DNA of 64,000 nt from Candidatus Latescibacterota bacterium. GTDB lineage: Bacteria > Latescibacterota > UBA2968 > GCA-2709665. Of the stretch, positions 26,918 through 36,715 are shown one piece after another. The notes under the pieces were generated by a model, which saw only the letters and a list, made by a program, of their open reading frames with translations, was not told the origin of the DNA and did no database searches. The stretch is from the NCBI GenBank assembly GCA_965208835.1, contig OZ242358.1:1760001-1824000 (forward strand), written 5' to 3'. The translations under genes and the position numbers were made by a program. Every line of letters begins with the position of its first letter. Position 1 is the first letter of the stretch.

Positions 26918-29062
26918 TCAGTCTTCGATGCCTGGCCCGGCCGTCGCGAGCCGGTCCTCGTAGAACGGCCCCGTTTCGAACGTCCTGGCCACGACGTCCA
27001 GTTGACGAAGATAGGTCTCTTTTCTTCTGTTAGGGCCGTAAACTCCAAGGTCCAGGAAATAGAGCCGGTCCTTTTTCTCGTCCACCAGCACGTAGCTCCT
27101 GAAGGGCCCGCCCTTCCACGAGCGATCGTTCTGCCACAGTCCTTCCAGATGCACTGCCAACCGGCTTCCGAGCTCCCGCTGACTCACGGTCAGGCCGGTT
27201 GGGTCCACGACGTCGTTTTCAAAGAACCTCTCGGCGATCTCGTTCCGCTTCCGGATACACCACGCCTCGGTCAACCGGTCCGGCGGCACGCCGTCCTCCC
27301 GGTAGACAAACATCCACTGGCGCACCCTTGCGTGGGTACGCGTCAGTACCACGAATCCGCTATCGGCGTGTGAGTCGATCATATTGAAGCCGAAGGGCAC
27401 CCGCACGCGCCACCCGAACCGCTCCGCCAACTCCGAAGCGAGCGTCTCTCGTTCGCCGAATCGATAGAGGATGTCGGCGACCCATTCGTCCCGCTTCCCT
27501 TCGACCGCGCCGTAAATCCGGTCCGCTTCCGTCAGGAAGTTGGCTTTCAACGCACCGCGGTCCTCGCCCGTAATCAGCGCGACGACCTGGTCATCCGCCC
27601 ACACGTCACGGCGGATGACAATTGGCGCAGCGCCGTTACGGATGGCTTCTCTCCTTCCGTCCGGAACCAGCGAGCGTACCAGCCTGGCTGCTTCGTGGTC
27701 TCCGTCAAGCGCCGCCGCGATCACGATATTCCTGCGACGCAACGCCCGGAAGTCTCCCGCTCGTACGAACGAGACATGGTATAGACGCTCCTTCCCTGGT
27801 GTCCTTATTATCCTCTCGAAAACGCCGCGGATGGGTATACCCAACATCCGGGCATCCAGGGAATCCGCAATTACCGTAACCAGGTCCGAGCGCCCGGAAC
27901 TGGAGGGCAGGCCGTCCAGCCGCAGGAATGACAGCAGCCGATCCTTGATGGTTGCCAGTTTCACGAAGGCTTCCGACCTGCCCGGCACCTCGACCGCCGG
28001 CCCGCCTCCGCAGTTTGTCAATACCGCGAGGACCAGACCGAAAGCCAGTACGAGGCCGGCCCGTGACAGCCGCCGATCGCGGCCGCCCGGGGCATTCAAC
28101 AGCCGTGAGACCCGCCGAACGACCTGCTTCCGGTTTCCGGGGGCGCCGATTCCCATCGTCAACCCGACCGGCGATGCCAACATCTCGGTCAGCCGGGTGA
28201 GGCAGACCGCGTAACCTCTGGCTCTTCCGGTTATGCCGACCACCGTATCGTCGCACGCGACTTCTCGCTCAAGGTCCATCTGTCGACCGATCCACCATGC
28301 GGCCGGATGGAAGAACAAAACGCACCCGACAATCGCCTGCAGGAGCCTGGACCAGTCATCCAGCCGGTGCAGGTGCGCCAGTTCGTGCAGGACCACCTGA
28401 TCGAATTCCGCCTCCGTCAGCCGCTCCAGCATGGACTCTGGGATCAGAATCACAGGTCTGAAGAGGCCCGTCGCCGCGGGAGCGACCACCTGTGTGGAGC
28501 TGCAAAGGCGCACCCAGCGACGCGTCTCGCAAGCCCGAAGCAGGCGACGCAACCTGTGCTGATAGCGGGCGGGAAGGGGACTTGCACTCCGCTTCAGGCG
28601 CCGAATATGACGAAAAGCCAGGAAGAGCTTCGCCGACAATGCCAGTACGACCAGCATCCATACCGCGAAGACAATCGGCGGCCACGGGCGGGGAAGCTCA
28701 GCCACGATATCCGGCTCCAGGCCCTCCGGCGCTTCGGAGGCGCGCGTCGATTCGTACCCTTTCTCCCGGCTGAGATTCCGGCTTTCGGAGGCCTGCTCCT
28801 CTCTCAATTCCGCTGCCCGGGACCATATTCGTGCGGCGCCCGCATGGTCCGGCGGACTCAAAACTCCGGACCAGGACAGTGCGAACACCGCCGCCAGCGC
28901 GACCGTCCAGATTACGTACCGGGTCCGCGCGTTGAGCCACTTCGCGAAGTTCAGGAGGCACGCGAGCGAAATCGTAACGAGCAGTCCCGGCCAGAGTCCT
29001 TCCAGCACAGCAGACACCGCCAACCGTGAAACAGCGTCGAAGATTTCGTAGGCCGCGAACAT
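26918..29062 (-). CDS. BlaR1/M56 metallopeptidase signal transducer fused to a DUF4837-like extracytoplasmic domain
   Basis: TM helices, HELAH, EREVACDD. C-terminal half (SSGRSDLVTVIAD...EGLWQ...GGPFRSY...YGP) resembles DUF4837 from memory. Confidence 0.82.
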   Translation of the reverse strand: MFAAYEIFDAVSRLAVSAVLEGLWPGLLVTISLACLLNFAKWLNARTRYVIWTVALAAVFALSWSGVLSPPDHAGAARIWSRAAELREEQASESRNLSREKGYESTRASEAPEGLEPDIVAELPRPWPPIVFAVWMLVVLALSAKLFLAFRHIRRLKRSASPLPARYQHRLRRLLRACETRRWVRLCSSTQVVAPAATGLFRPVILIPESMLERLTEAEFDQVVLHELAHLHRLDDWSRLLQAIVGCVLFFHPAAWWIGRQMDLEREVACDDTVVGITGRARGYAVCLTRLTEMLASPVGLTMGIGAPGNRKQVVRRVSRLLNAPGGRDRRLSRAGLVLAFGLVLAVLTNCGGGPAVEVPGRSEAFVKLATIKDRLLSFLRLDGLPSSSGRSDLVTVIADSLDARMLGIPIRGVFERIIRTPGKERLYHVSFVRAGDFRALRRRNIVIAAALDGDHEAARLVRSLVPDGRREAIRNGAAPIVIRRDVWADDQVVALITGEDRGALKANFLTEADRIYGAVEGKRDEWVADILYRFGERETLASELAERFGWRVRVPFGFNMIDSHADSGFVVLTRTHARVRQWMFVYREDGVPPDRLTEAWCIRKRNEIAERFFENDVVDPTGLTVSQRELGSRLAVHLEGLWQNDRSWKGGPFRSYVLVDEKKDRLYFLDLGVYGPNRRKETYLRQLDVVARTFETGPFYEDRLATAGPGIED

Positions 29063-29072
29063 ACAAAGTTCC

Positions 29073-29450
29073 CTAACTGCTTTCGTCCACCATTCGTTTC
29101 AGGCGATCGATAACGTCTCCGTCGACCGTTTCGTTCTCTAGAATGTTCAGCATCAGCGCTTCGGGCGAATTGTTGAAGAACCGGCTCATCATGTACCGTA
29201 CCACGCTTCTCCTGGCGTCCTCGCGGCCGACGACGGGCTGGTAGACGTAGGCCCTGCCCTCCTTTTCGTGGGATACGTAGCCCTTCCGCTCGAGAATTCT
29301 CAGCGTTGTCAACACCGTGCTATAGGCGAGCGGTTCGTTACCCGGCAGCGCCGCGACAACGTCGCGCACGGTGGCTGCCTCCTTTTTCCAGAGCACGTCC
29401 ATCAGCCTGAGTTCAGCTTCCGTAAGCGTGGGCGACTTCGGCCTTGCCAT
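29073..29450 (-). CDS. blaI: BlaI/MecI/CopY-family repressor
   Basis: LTEAELRLMDVLW, LAYSTVLTTLRILERKGYV, GRAYVY.P, FFNNS; directly upstream of the M56 gene. Confidence 0.93.
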   Translation of the reverse strand: MARPKSPTLTEAELRLMDVLWKKEAATVRDVVAALPGNEPLAYSTVLTTLRILERKGYVSHEKEGRAYVYQPVVGREDARRSVVRYMMSRFFNNSPEALMLNILENETVDGDVIDRLKRMVDESS

Positions 29451-29465
29451 ACATTGAACTCCTTA

Positions 29466-29651
29466 GAAGCCGTTTTAAAATTCCCAGCGGTCTTCGCACG
29501 GCTGCAAAAGCGCCGGTCAGCGTTGGTCAAACCCACCCGTCTTACGAGATCGAGGCTGCGCTTGCTCGCCTCTCATAGGCGGGTTTTCCCGCCTTGACCG
29601 CCACTTTTTCGCTCGCGCTCGGGAACTCACCGGTAATTTTAAAACGGGTTC
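29466..29651. mobile_element. MITE family B (186 bp) in the blaI 5' leader
   Basis: TIRs gaagccgttttaaaatt / aattttaaaacgggttc (16/17 match); palindromic interior; flanks TTA and ATA. Confidence 0.8.
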
Positions 29652-29670
29652 ATAAAAGGTTGTATTTGAG

Positions 29671-29758
29671 TCACGAAGTTTCGTGATATTGGGGTGCGCG
29701 ATTAATTCCTTAATATAAATATACGGAAGATCCGCATTTTGTCAATTAAAAAATTAAT
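29671..29758 (-). promoter_or_regulatory. blaI promoter with operator-like palindromes
   Basis: Minus-strand TTGACA (29745-29740)-N16-TATATT; ATTAA-N4-TTAAT at 29701-29714 and 29745-29758; tcacgaa-gt-ttcgtga at 29671-29686. Confidence 0.65.
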
Positions 29759-29796
29759 ATTTTTGCGATTTGCCATTTGGGGACGCCATATTCCTC

Positions 29797-29857
29797 TTGA
29801 CATACGTCAGGAGATTCGGTAATTTAAAACGTTCGTTTTAATCATACGTTTGTTTGA
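29797..29857 (+). promoter_or_regulatory. tetR-RND promoter with tandem TetR-type operators
   Basis: TTGACA-N17-TAATTT; perfect ttaaaacg-tt-cgttttaa (29824-29841) followed by imperfect copy tcatacgtttgtttga. Confidence 0.7.
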
Positions 29858-29882
29858 AACTGATCATCAGTTGTGTGATTCC

Positions 29883-30527
29883 ATGAATCAGTCCGATACT
29901 CACGACCGTTTGCTCGACGCCGCCGAACATCTGTTTGCCGAACACGGAATCGCAGCCACGTCCCTGCGCGCCATAACTTCCGAGGCGTCCGCAAACCTGG
30001 CCTCCGTCCACTACCACTTCGGCTCCAAAGAAGCGCTCATCGAAGCGGTTTTCGCCAGGAGGCTGGAACCTCTAAACCGGGAACGGTGCCGCCTTCTCGA
30101 TGCCGAAGAATCGGCCGCCGGAGACGCACCCTCCATTGAAGGCATCGTAAATGCCTTCGTAGCACCCGCGATGCGGCTGGCGTACGACCCCGCGGGCGGC
30201 GGCGAGAATTTCATGCTGCTCATCGGAAGGCTCTATTCCGAACCTGGAGACCTGGGGTACAGAATTACCGAACAGTTCGCCGAAGTCTTTCAGCGCTTTA
30301 CGTCCGCCCTTGCCCGCAGCCTTCCCCACCTGTCCCGGACCGACCTGCTCTGGCGGTTCTTCTTCATGGTCGGCTGCATCAGCATGCCGCTGATGGGGAG
30401 ACACATCATCCCGCGACGGACCGGCGGCCTGTGCGATCCTTCCGATATCGAAAACAACATCAGGCGCCTCGTCGCGTTTCTCGCAGCCGGCCTTCGCGCC
30501 GCCGCCCCCAACGGAGACCCAACTTGA
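29883..30527 (+). CDS. TetR/AcrR-family transcriptional regulator
   Basis: RLLDAAEHLFAEHG..TSLR.I...A.ANLASVHYHFGSKEAL. Confidence 0.93.
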   Translation: MNQSDTHDRLLDAAEHLFAEHGIAATSLRAITSEASANLASVHYHFGSKEALIEAVFARRLEPLNRERCRLLDAEESAAGDAPSIEGIVNAFVAPAMRLAYDPAGGGENFMLLIGRLYSEPGDLGYRITEQFAEVFQRFTSALARSLPHLSRTDLLWRFFFMVGCISMPLMGRHIIPRRTGGLCDPSDIENNIRRLVAFLAAGLRAAAPNGDPT

Positions 30528-31966
30528 GACCGGTTCTTTCCATTCTCTCCCTGCTACTTGCGGCCTGCGCCGCGGCCCCGCAGGTGAACCCACCGGACGT
30601 CGACGTCACCATTCCGGAACGCTGGGCGGCAGGTAAAGCCGGCGCCACGCCCGCGGACACGCTCTGGTGGCGTTCCTTCAATGACGAAACCCTGACCGGC
30701 ATCGTTGCCGAAGCGCTGGCGAGAAACCACAACCTGCAGGCTTCCGCCGCCCGGGTACGCGCGGCCGCGGCACGGGCGAAGATCGCCGGCGCCCCTCTGT
30801 ATCCCGATGTCGGAGGCCGAGTGAGCGGGTCCCGCCGCAAACAGAATTTCATAGGCCTGCCCATCCCCGGTTCCGGGAACGGCGTTCTGACCTCAACGTC
30901 AAGCAGCTTTGGACTGTCCCTCGACGTCTCCTGGGAACTCGATCTCTGGAACCGGCTGGGAGCCGGCGCCTCGGCCGCTCTGGCCGACGCGCAGGCCGCG
31001 CGCGCGGATCATGCAGGCGCACGGCTCTCGCTGGCGGGACAGACCGCCAAGCTCTGGTTCGCGGCCGTGGAGGCCCGCAGACAGGTCGATCTTTCGGAAG
31101 CCACGGTAGAGAACCTCGAGACGTCAAGCGAGGTCGTACGGGAACGTTACAGGCGCGGATTGAGACACGCACTGGACCTGCGGCGCGCGCTTTCGGACCT
31201 GGCGGGCGCCGAGGCCGTCCTCCAACAGCGTCGGCTCATTCTGGACGGTACCCGGCGGCAGCTCGAAGTCCTTCTGGGCCGGTATCCCGACGCCGCGCTC
31301 AACACCGGCTCTAACCTGCCGGAACTTCCGGAAGCCATTCCAGCCGGCCTTCCCGCCGACCTGGTGTCCCGCCGGCCGGACCTGATGGCGGCGGAACGGA
31401 GGCTGGCGGCGTCCCACGCCCGGTACAAACAGGCCAGGCGGGCGCTCTATCCCCGCATCAGCCTCACGGGTTCCGCCGGCACCAGCAGCAGGGAACTGGA
31501 GAGTCTTCTCGACGGCGACTTCAGCGTGTGGAACCTGGCGGGAAATGTCCTGCAGCCCCTCTTTCAGGGCGGACGGATTCGCGGCGGCATCCGGTTGGCC
31601 GCTTCACAATCCGAAGGGGCCGCATCCACATACGTACAAAGCGTCCTGTCCGCCTTTGCCGAAGTGGAGACCGCACTGGAGGCGGAAAGCCTTCTGGCCA
31701 AACGACAGGCGGCGCTTGAAACCGCAACCGAACAGGCTCTTGCCGCGCGCCGCCTTGCCGAGGACAGGTACGCGGGAGGCCTGGTGGACCTGAACACGAT
31801 GCTGGAAGCCCAGCGCGGGGCGTACGCGTCCGAAAGCCAGCTCATCGCCGTACGCAGGCAGCGCCTCGAGAACCGGGTCAACCTGCACCTCGCCCTTGGC
31901 GGGGGTTTCGCGGGTCCCCGCGGAACGGCTTCGACGACGTCGACAACGCAAACGGAAGGACTGTAG
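30524..31966 (+). CDS. RND efflux outer-membrane factor lipoprotein (NodT/OprM family)
   Basis: TTG start overlapping tetR stop; lipobox LAAC; WW..F.D..L, WELDLW, RRPDL.AAER, ALGGG. Confidence 0.9.
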   Translation: MRPVLSILSLLLAACAAAPQVNPPDVDVTIPERWAAGKAGATPADTLWWRSFNDETLTGIVAEALARNHNLQASAARVRAAAARAKIAGAPLYPDVGGRVSGSRRKQNFIGLPIPGSGNGVLTSTSSSFGLSLDVSWELDLWNRLGAGASAALADAQAARADHAGARLSLAGQTAKLWFAAVEARRQVDLSEATVENLETSSEVVRERYRRGLRHALDLRRALSDLAGAEAVLQQRRLILDGTRRQLEVLLGRYPDAALNTGSNLPELPEAIPAGLPADLVSRRPDLMAAERRLAASHARYKQARRALYPRISLTGSAGTSSRELESLLDGDFSVWNLAGNVLQPLFQGGRIRGGIRLAASQSEGAASTYVQSVLSAFAEVETALEAESLLAKRQAALETATEQALAARRLAEDRYAGGLVDLNTMLEAQRGAYASESQLIAVRRQRLENRVNLHLALGGGFAGPRGTASTTSTTQTEGL

Positions 31967-31969
31967 AAC

Positions 31970-33223
31970 ATGAGCATGAGACCGTTGAAAAGCACACGCC
32001 CGGATACGCCGCGTCGGTCCGGCTGGATCCGGCGGCATCCGAAGGCGCTTCTCCCCGTTGCGGTCGTCGCGTTTGGGGCGCTGAGCGCCTACGTACTCAT
32101 CAGCGCACGCTCCGAAGTCGTGGTGGCCCCGCCTGAAGTACCGCCTCCTCTGGTACGGGCGATGCCGGTTGAAATAAAAGACGTACAACTCAAGGTTCTT
32201 GCCCAGGGCACCGCCGCGCCGCGCACCAGGACCAGCCTCGTATCACAGGTCGCCGGACAGATCATCTCGGTCTCTCCTGCCTTCGCGAACGGCGGCTTCT
32301 TCAAGGCAGGGGACGTACTGGTCACAATCGACCCGCGCGACTACGAACTCGCGGTGGACCGCGCGAGGGCGGTGGTGGCCCAGGCCGAGGTGCGACTGGC
32401 GCGGGAGGAGGAAGAGGCAGAACTGGCCATGCAGGAATGGCAGCGCCTGGGCAACGGTGAAGCCACCGACCTGGCCCTCCGGAAGCCTCAGCTGGAAGAC
32501 GCCCGCGCCGCCCTGCAGGCAGCGCGCGCATCCCAGGAACAGGCCCGGCTCGCGCTCGAACGGACCCGCATCCGCGCGCCGTACGAGGGGCGGGTACTGT
32601 CCAAGATCGTGGACCTCGGACAATTCGTCAATCCCGGCGCTCCGGTCGCCCGCATCTACGCCGTGGACTACGCCGAAATCCGGTTGCCCGTACCGCACGA
32701 GCAACTCGCCTATCTGGACCTGGTCTACAACGCTCGAAGCGAACTCGAGCCTGCTTCCCGCCCGAAAGCCCTGGTGCATGCGGTTTTCGCGGGAGCGCCG
32801 CAGACCTGGGAGGGAGAAATCGTACGGATTGAAGGGGAAATCGACGCCCGCACGCGGATGGTCAATCTGGTCGCGCGCGCCGTCGCGCCGTACGACCAGG
32901 ACGACGACCCGGGCCGCGCGCCGCTCTTCGCGGGGCTGTTTGTCGAGGTTGAAATCCTCGGTCGCGTCGCCAGGGACGTCGCTGTCGTGCCACGAACGGC
33001 CCTCAGGGACACCGATCAGGTCCTTGTCATCGACGAGGACAGCAGACTGCGTTTTCGTCGCGTCGATCTGTTGAGGCTCGAAGCGGAGAACGCCCTCATC
33101 CGTTCCGGCCTCGACGGAGGCGAGCGGGTTTGTATTTCCACGCTGGACGCCGTTGTGGAGGGGATGCAGGTACGTATTCTCGCGCCGGAGAACACGGTCC
33201 CGTCTGAAGGAGGCGCCGGATGA
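31970..33223 (+). CDS. RND efflux periplasmic adaptor (MFP)
   Basis: N-terminal TM, lipoyl halves (SQVAG.I; IRAPYEG.V), coiled-coil hairpin. Confidence 0.92.
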   Translation: MSMRPLKSTRPDTPRRSGWIRRHPKALLPVAVVAFGALSAYVLISARSEVVVAPPEVPPPLVRAMPVEIKDVQLKVLAQGTAAPRTRTSLVSQVAGQIISVSPAFANGGFFKAGDVLVTIDPRDYELAVDRARAVVAQAEVRLAREEEEAELAMQEWQRLGNGEATDLALRKPQLEDARAALQAARASQEQARLALERTRIRAPYEGRVLSKIVDLGQFVNPGAPVARIYAVDYAEIRLPVPHEQLAYLDLVYNARSELEPASRPKALVHAVFAGAPQTWEGEIVRIEGEIDARTRMVNLVARAVAPYDQDDDPGRAPLFAGLFVEVEILGRVARDVAVVPRTALRDTDQVLVIDEDSRLRFRRVDLLRLEAENALIRSGLDGGERVCISTLDAVVEGMQVRILAPENTVPSEGGAG

Positions 33224-36200
33224 ATCGCGCTATCGCCTGGTTCGCCGAAAACAGCGTCGCCGCGAATCTGCTCATGGTCGTCATCCTGGCAAGCGGGCTG
33301 ATTACCATCGGCGGCATCGAACTTGAGATCTTTCCGGAGTTTTCCGCTGACGTCGTTCAGGTCTCCGTCGTTTACCGCGGCGCGGCGCCCGAGGAGGTGG
33401 AAGAGGGCGTTTGCGTGCGGGTCGAAGAGGCCGTTCAGAGCATCGAAGGCATCAAACGCATCCGCTCGACGGCATCGGAAAACCGGGGCAGCGTGAATAT
33501 CGAGCTTATACCCGGCACCGATGCGCGCAGAGTCCTGGAGGACGTCAAGTCAGCCGTCGATGCAATTGACACGTTCCCGGACGAAACCGAACAACCGGTC
33601 ATCCAGGAAGTGGTCCTGCGCCGCCAGGTGATCAATGTGGCCGTATCGGGCGACGCCGACGAGACCACCCTGAAGTACCTGGGCGAACAGGTCCGGGACG
33701 AGATCACCGCCATCCCGGGAATAACCCAGGCGGAATTGAGCGGCGCGCGTCCGTACGAGGTCTCCATTGAAGTCTCGGAAGCGGCGCTTCGTCGTTTCAA
33801 CCTCACTTTCGACGAAGTCGTGAGGGCGGTGCGCCGTTCCTCGCTCGATCTGCCCGGCGGCGCCATCAAGACGGAAGGCGGCGAAATCCTTCTGCGGACA
33901 AAAGGACAGGCCTACCGGGGCGCGGCCTTCGAGAGTATCATCTTACGTACCCGTCCCGACGGCGCCGCACTCACCGTAGGGGACGTGGCCACGGTTGTGG
34001 ACGGATTCGCCGACGCGGACATTTCGGGCAGGTTCGACCAGGAACCGGGCGTTCTGGTGCAGGTCTTCCGTGTGGGTGAACAGGACGCGCTGGACATCTC
34101 CCGCAAAGTCAAGGAGTACATCGAGTCGGCGGAATCCCGCATGCCCGAAGGCATTTCACTTACCGTCTACTCGGATTTCTCCAGGATCCTCGAGGGCCGG
34201 CTCAACCTGATGCTGAAGAACGGACGCGGGGGTTTCATCCTCGTCCTCGTCATCCTGGCGCTGTTCCTCAGGCTCCGCCTGGCCTTCTGGATCGCCCTGG
34301 GCATCCCCATCTCCTTTCTCGGCGCGATCGCGATGATGCCGACCATCGGCGCCTCCATCAACCTGATCTCGCTGTTTGCGTTCATCGTGGTGCTCGGTAT
34401 CGTTGTCGACGACGCCATTGTCGTCGGTGAAAATATTTACAGGAGGTTCCAGCAGGGTGAGCGCGGCCTGCGCGGCGCCATCGCGGGCGCCCAGGAAGTG
34501 GCCGTGCCGGTCACCTTTGCGATACTCACGTCAATCGCCGCGTTTTCGCCGCTGCTGATGGTCCCCGGCACCTCCGGCAAGATTATGAGGCTGATTCCGG
34601 AAATCGTCATTCTGACGCTGGTCTTTTCGCTGGTTGAATCCCTGTTCATCCTGCCCGCCCACCTGGCGCACGCCAGACTGAAAGCCAGAAAGAAAACAAC
34701 CAGCCGCATCGGCGGGTTGTTGAGACGGTTTCGAGACGGTTTCTCATCCCGCCTGGAGTGGATCATCCACCAGGCCTACCGTCCTCTACTCGATCGATGC
34801 CTGGCGTGGCGATACCTGAGCGCGTCCGTGGGGGTGGCAGCACTGACCCTTACGGCCGGGCTCATTCTCGGCGGCTGGATCGGCTTCGTGTTTCTGCCCC
34901 AGGTCCCGGCCGACAACGTAGCGGCGATCCTGACCATGCCTCAGGGCACGCCCGCCGAGGTAACCGCCGGGGTCGTGCGCCGGCTGGAGTCATCCGCGAT
35001 ACGGCTGCAGCAGGAACTGGAATCGGAAACAGACGAGAGAGTCTTCACGCATATGCTTGCGCTGGTCGGGGACCAGCCCCTTCGCGCGGCCCAACGCGAG
35101 AACCGCGGACGGAACGCATCCTATTCAGGCGCGCATCTCGGTGAAGTCAACATCGAGCTCACGCCGGCCGAGGAGCGGAGCATCAGCAGCATCGAAATCG
35201 CCAGACGCTGGCGCGAACTCGCCGGACCCATTCCCGATGCCACGGAACTGACGTTCGCCTCTTCGCTCTTTTCCGTGGGCGAACCGATCAATATCCAGCT
35301 TACCGGGCCGGACTACGCCGAACTTCGCATCGCCGCGGAGAAACTCAAGAGCAAGTTGTCCGAGTATCCGGGCGTCCTGGACATCGCCGACTCGTTTCGC
35401 CCCGGGAAGAAGGAAGTGAAACTTGCCCTGACCGAGGAGGCGCACCTGCTCGGCCTGACCGTGTCCGATCTGGCGCGACAGGTCAGACAGGCGTTCTACG
35501 GCGAGGAGGCGCAGCGTATCCAGCGGGGAAGGGACGACGTCAGGGTGATGGTCCGCTATCCCGAGAGCGAGCGACGGTCGATGAACAACCTGGAGACCAT
35601 GCGTTTGCGCACGCCGGAGGGCGTCGAGGTGCCCTTTTCCGTGGCCGCGCGGACAGAGCTGGGACGGGGATACGCCGCCATCCGCCGCACCGATCGGCAG
35701 CGGATCGTCAGCGTTACCGCGGACGTCGACGAGGGCCGTGCCAACGCCAACGAGGTCCTGGCGGACGTCACCGCAAACGTGCTGCCGGCAATCGTCTCGG
35801 ACCACCCCCGCGTCCGGTTCAGCCTCGAAGGCGAACAGAGAGAGCAGCAGGAGACCATGGAGGGCCTTTCGAGGAGCTTCGGCATGGCCCTCTTCGTGAT
35901 CTTCGGCCTGCTCGCGATTCCCTTCCGCTCCTATCTTCAGCCGCTCATCATCATGGCTGTAATCCCCTTTGGATTCGTCGGCGCCGTGATGGGGCACATC
36001 ATCATGGGCCTCAATCTCACCATTTTGTCGGTCTTCGGGCTGGTGGCGCTATCCGGTGTGGTGATCAACGACAGCCTGGTGATGGTGGACTTCATCAACC
36101 GCCGGCGCAAGGAGGGCAAGGGCCTGCAGGAGGCCATCCGGGAGTCCGGAATGGCGCGTTTCCGGCCCATCCTCCTCACGTCCCTGACGACGTTTGCGGG

Positions 36201-36420
36201 CCTCACCCCCCTGCTGTTCGAAAAAAGCCTGCAGGCGCAATTGCTCATCCCCATGGCGACCTCACTGGGATTCGGCGTCATCTTCGGCACCGCAGTCATT
36301 CTGATTCTCGTTCCCGTCACCTACGCCATCCTGGAAGACATCAGGCACGGCGTCAGCACGCTGTTCCGCCGTCAGCCGGCCGACCGGCGGGACGTCGCGC
36401 CCGAAACGGGGGATGACTGA
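33220..36420 (+). CDS. RND efflux permease (AcrB/AcrD/AcrF family)
   Basis: 1066 aa; GIVVDDAIVVGENI; RFRPILLTSLTT. Confidence 0.95.
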   Translation: MNRAIAWFAENSVAANLLMVVILASGLITIGGIELEIFPEFSADVVQVSVVYRGAAPEEVEEGVCVRVEEAVQSIEGIKRIRSTASENRGSVNIELIPGTDARRVLEDVKSAVDAIDTFPDETEQPVIQEVVLRRQVINVAVSGDADETTLKYLGEQVRDEITAIPGITQAELSGARPYEVSIEVSEAALRRFNLTFDEVVRAVRRSSLDLPGGAIKTEGGEILLRTKGQAYRGAAFESIILRTRPDGAALTVGDVATVVDGFADADISGRFDQEPGVLVQVFRVGEQDALDISRKVKEYIESAESRMPEGISLTVYSDFSRILEGRLNLMLKNGRGGFILVLVILALFLRLRLAFWIALGIPISFLGAIAMMPTIGASINLISLFAFIVVLGIVVDDAIVVGENIYRRFQQGERGLRGAIAGAQEVAVPVTFAILTSIAAFSPLLMVPGTSGKIMRLIPEIVILTLVFSLVESLFILPAHLAHARLKARKKTTSRIGGLLRRFRDGFSSRLEWIIHQAYRPLLDRCLAWRYLSASVGVAALTLTAGLILGGWIGFVFLPQVPADNVAAILTMPQGTPAEVTAGVVRRLESSAIRLQQELESETDERVFTHMLALVGDQPLRAAQRENRGRNASYSGAHLGEVNIELTPAEERSISSIEIARRWRELAGPIPDATELTFASSLFSVGEPINIQLTGPDYAELRIAAEKLKSKLSEYPGVLDIADSFRPGKKEVKLALTEEAHLLGLTVSDLARQVRQAFYGEEAQRIQRGRDDVRVMVRYPESERRSMNNLETMRLRTPEGVEVPFSVAARTELGRGYAAIRRTDRQRIVSVTADVDEGRANANEVLADVTANVLPAIVSDHPRVRFSLEGEQREQQETMEGLSRSFGMALFVIFGLLAIPFRSYLQPLIIMAVIPFGFVGAVMGHIIMGLNLTILSVFGLVALSGVVINDSLVMVDFINRRRKEGKGLQEAIRESGMARFRPILLTSLTTFAGLTPLLFEKSLQAQLLIPMATSLGFGVIFGTAVILILVPVTYAILEDIRHGVSTLFRRQPADRRDVAPETGDD

Positions 36421-36651
36421 AGCGCTACTCTTCTGACACGGTGACGCCGCTTTGAGGCAGTGGTTTCCGAGCCGCTCCCTGAGCCTGTCGATGGGTCGAA
36501 CATAGATCTCGGCGACGGCTGATCGTCGGTGGGGGGATTCAGCGCCCTTCCGTATGCAACCAACAACGTGAATTGACATGCATTCTGCGTTGGAGTCCTG
36601 CCGTATGGTCTGAACCGGCAATTCTACAGCGAAATCCAGTATCAGAGTGTT

Positions 36652-36714
36652 GACAATTTTGCAGTCAATTGCAAAATTGTCTTGACTTTTTTGCAGTTTA
36701 GTGCAAATTTGTCA
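36652..36714. promoter_or_regulatory. Two tandem AT-rich palindromes abutting the ATPase start (putative autoregulatory operators)
   Basis: gacaattttgca-N6-tgcaaaattgtc (36652-36681, perfect arms) and tgactttttttgca-N6-tgcaaatttgtca (36683-36714); ATG at 36716. Confidence 0.65.
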
Positions 36715-36715
36715 T

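Noticed and set aside
26918-29450. blaI/blaR1 as a beta-lactam resistance locus
   Set aside because: No beta-lactamase or PBP gene is adjacent, and the sensor domain is not penicillin-binding-like.
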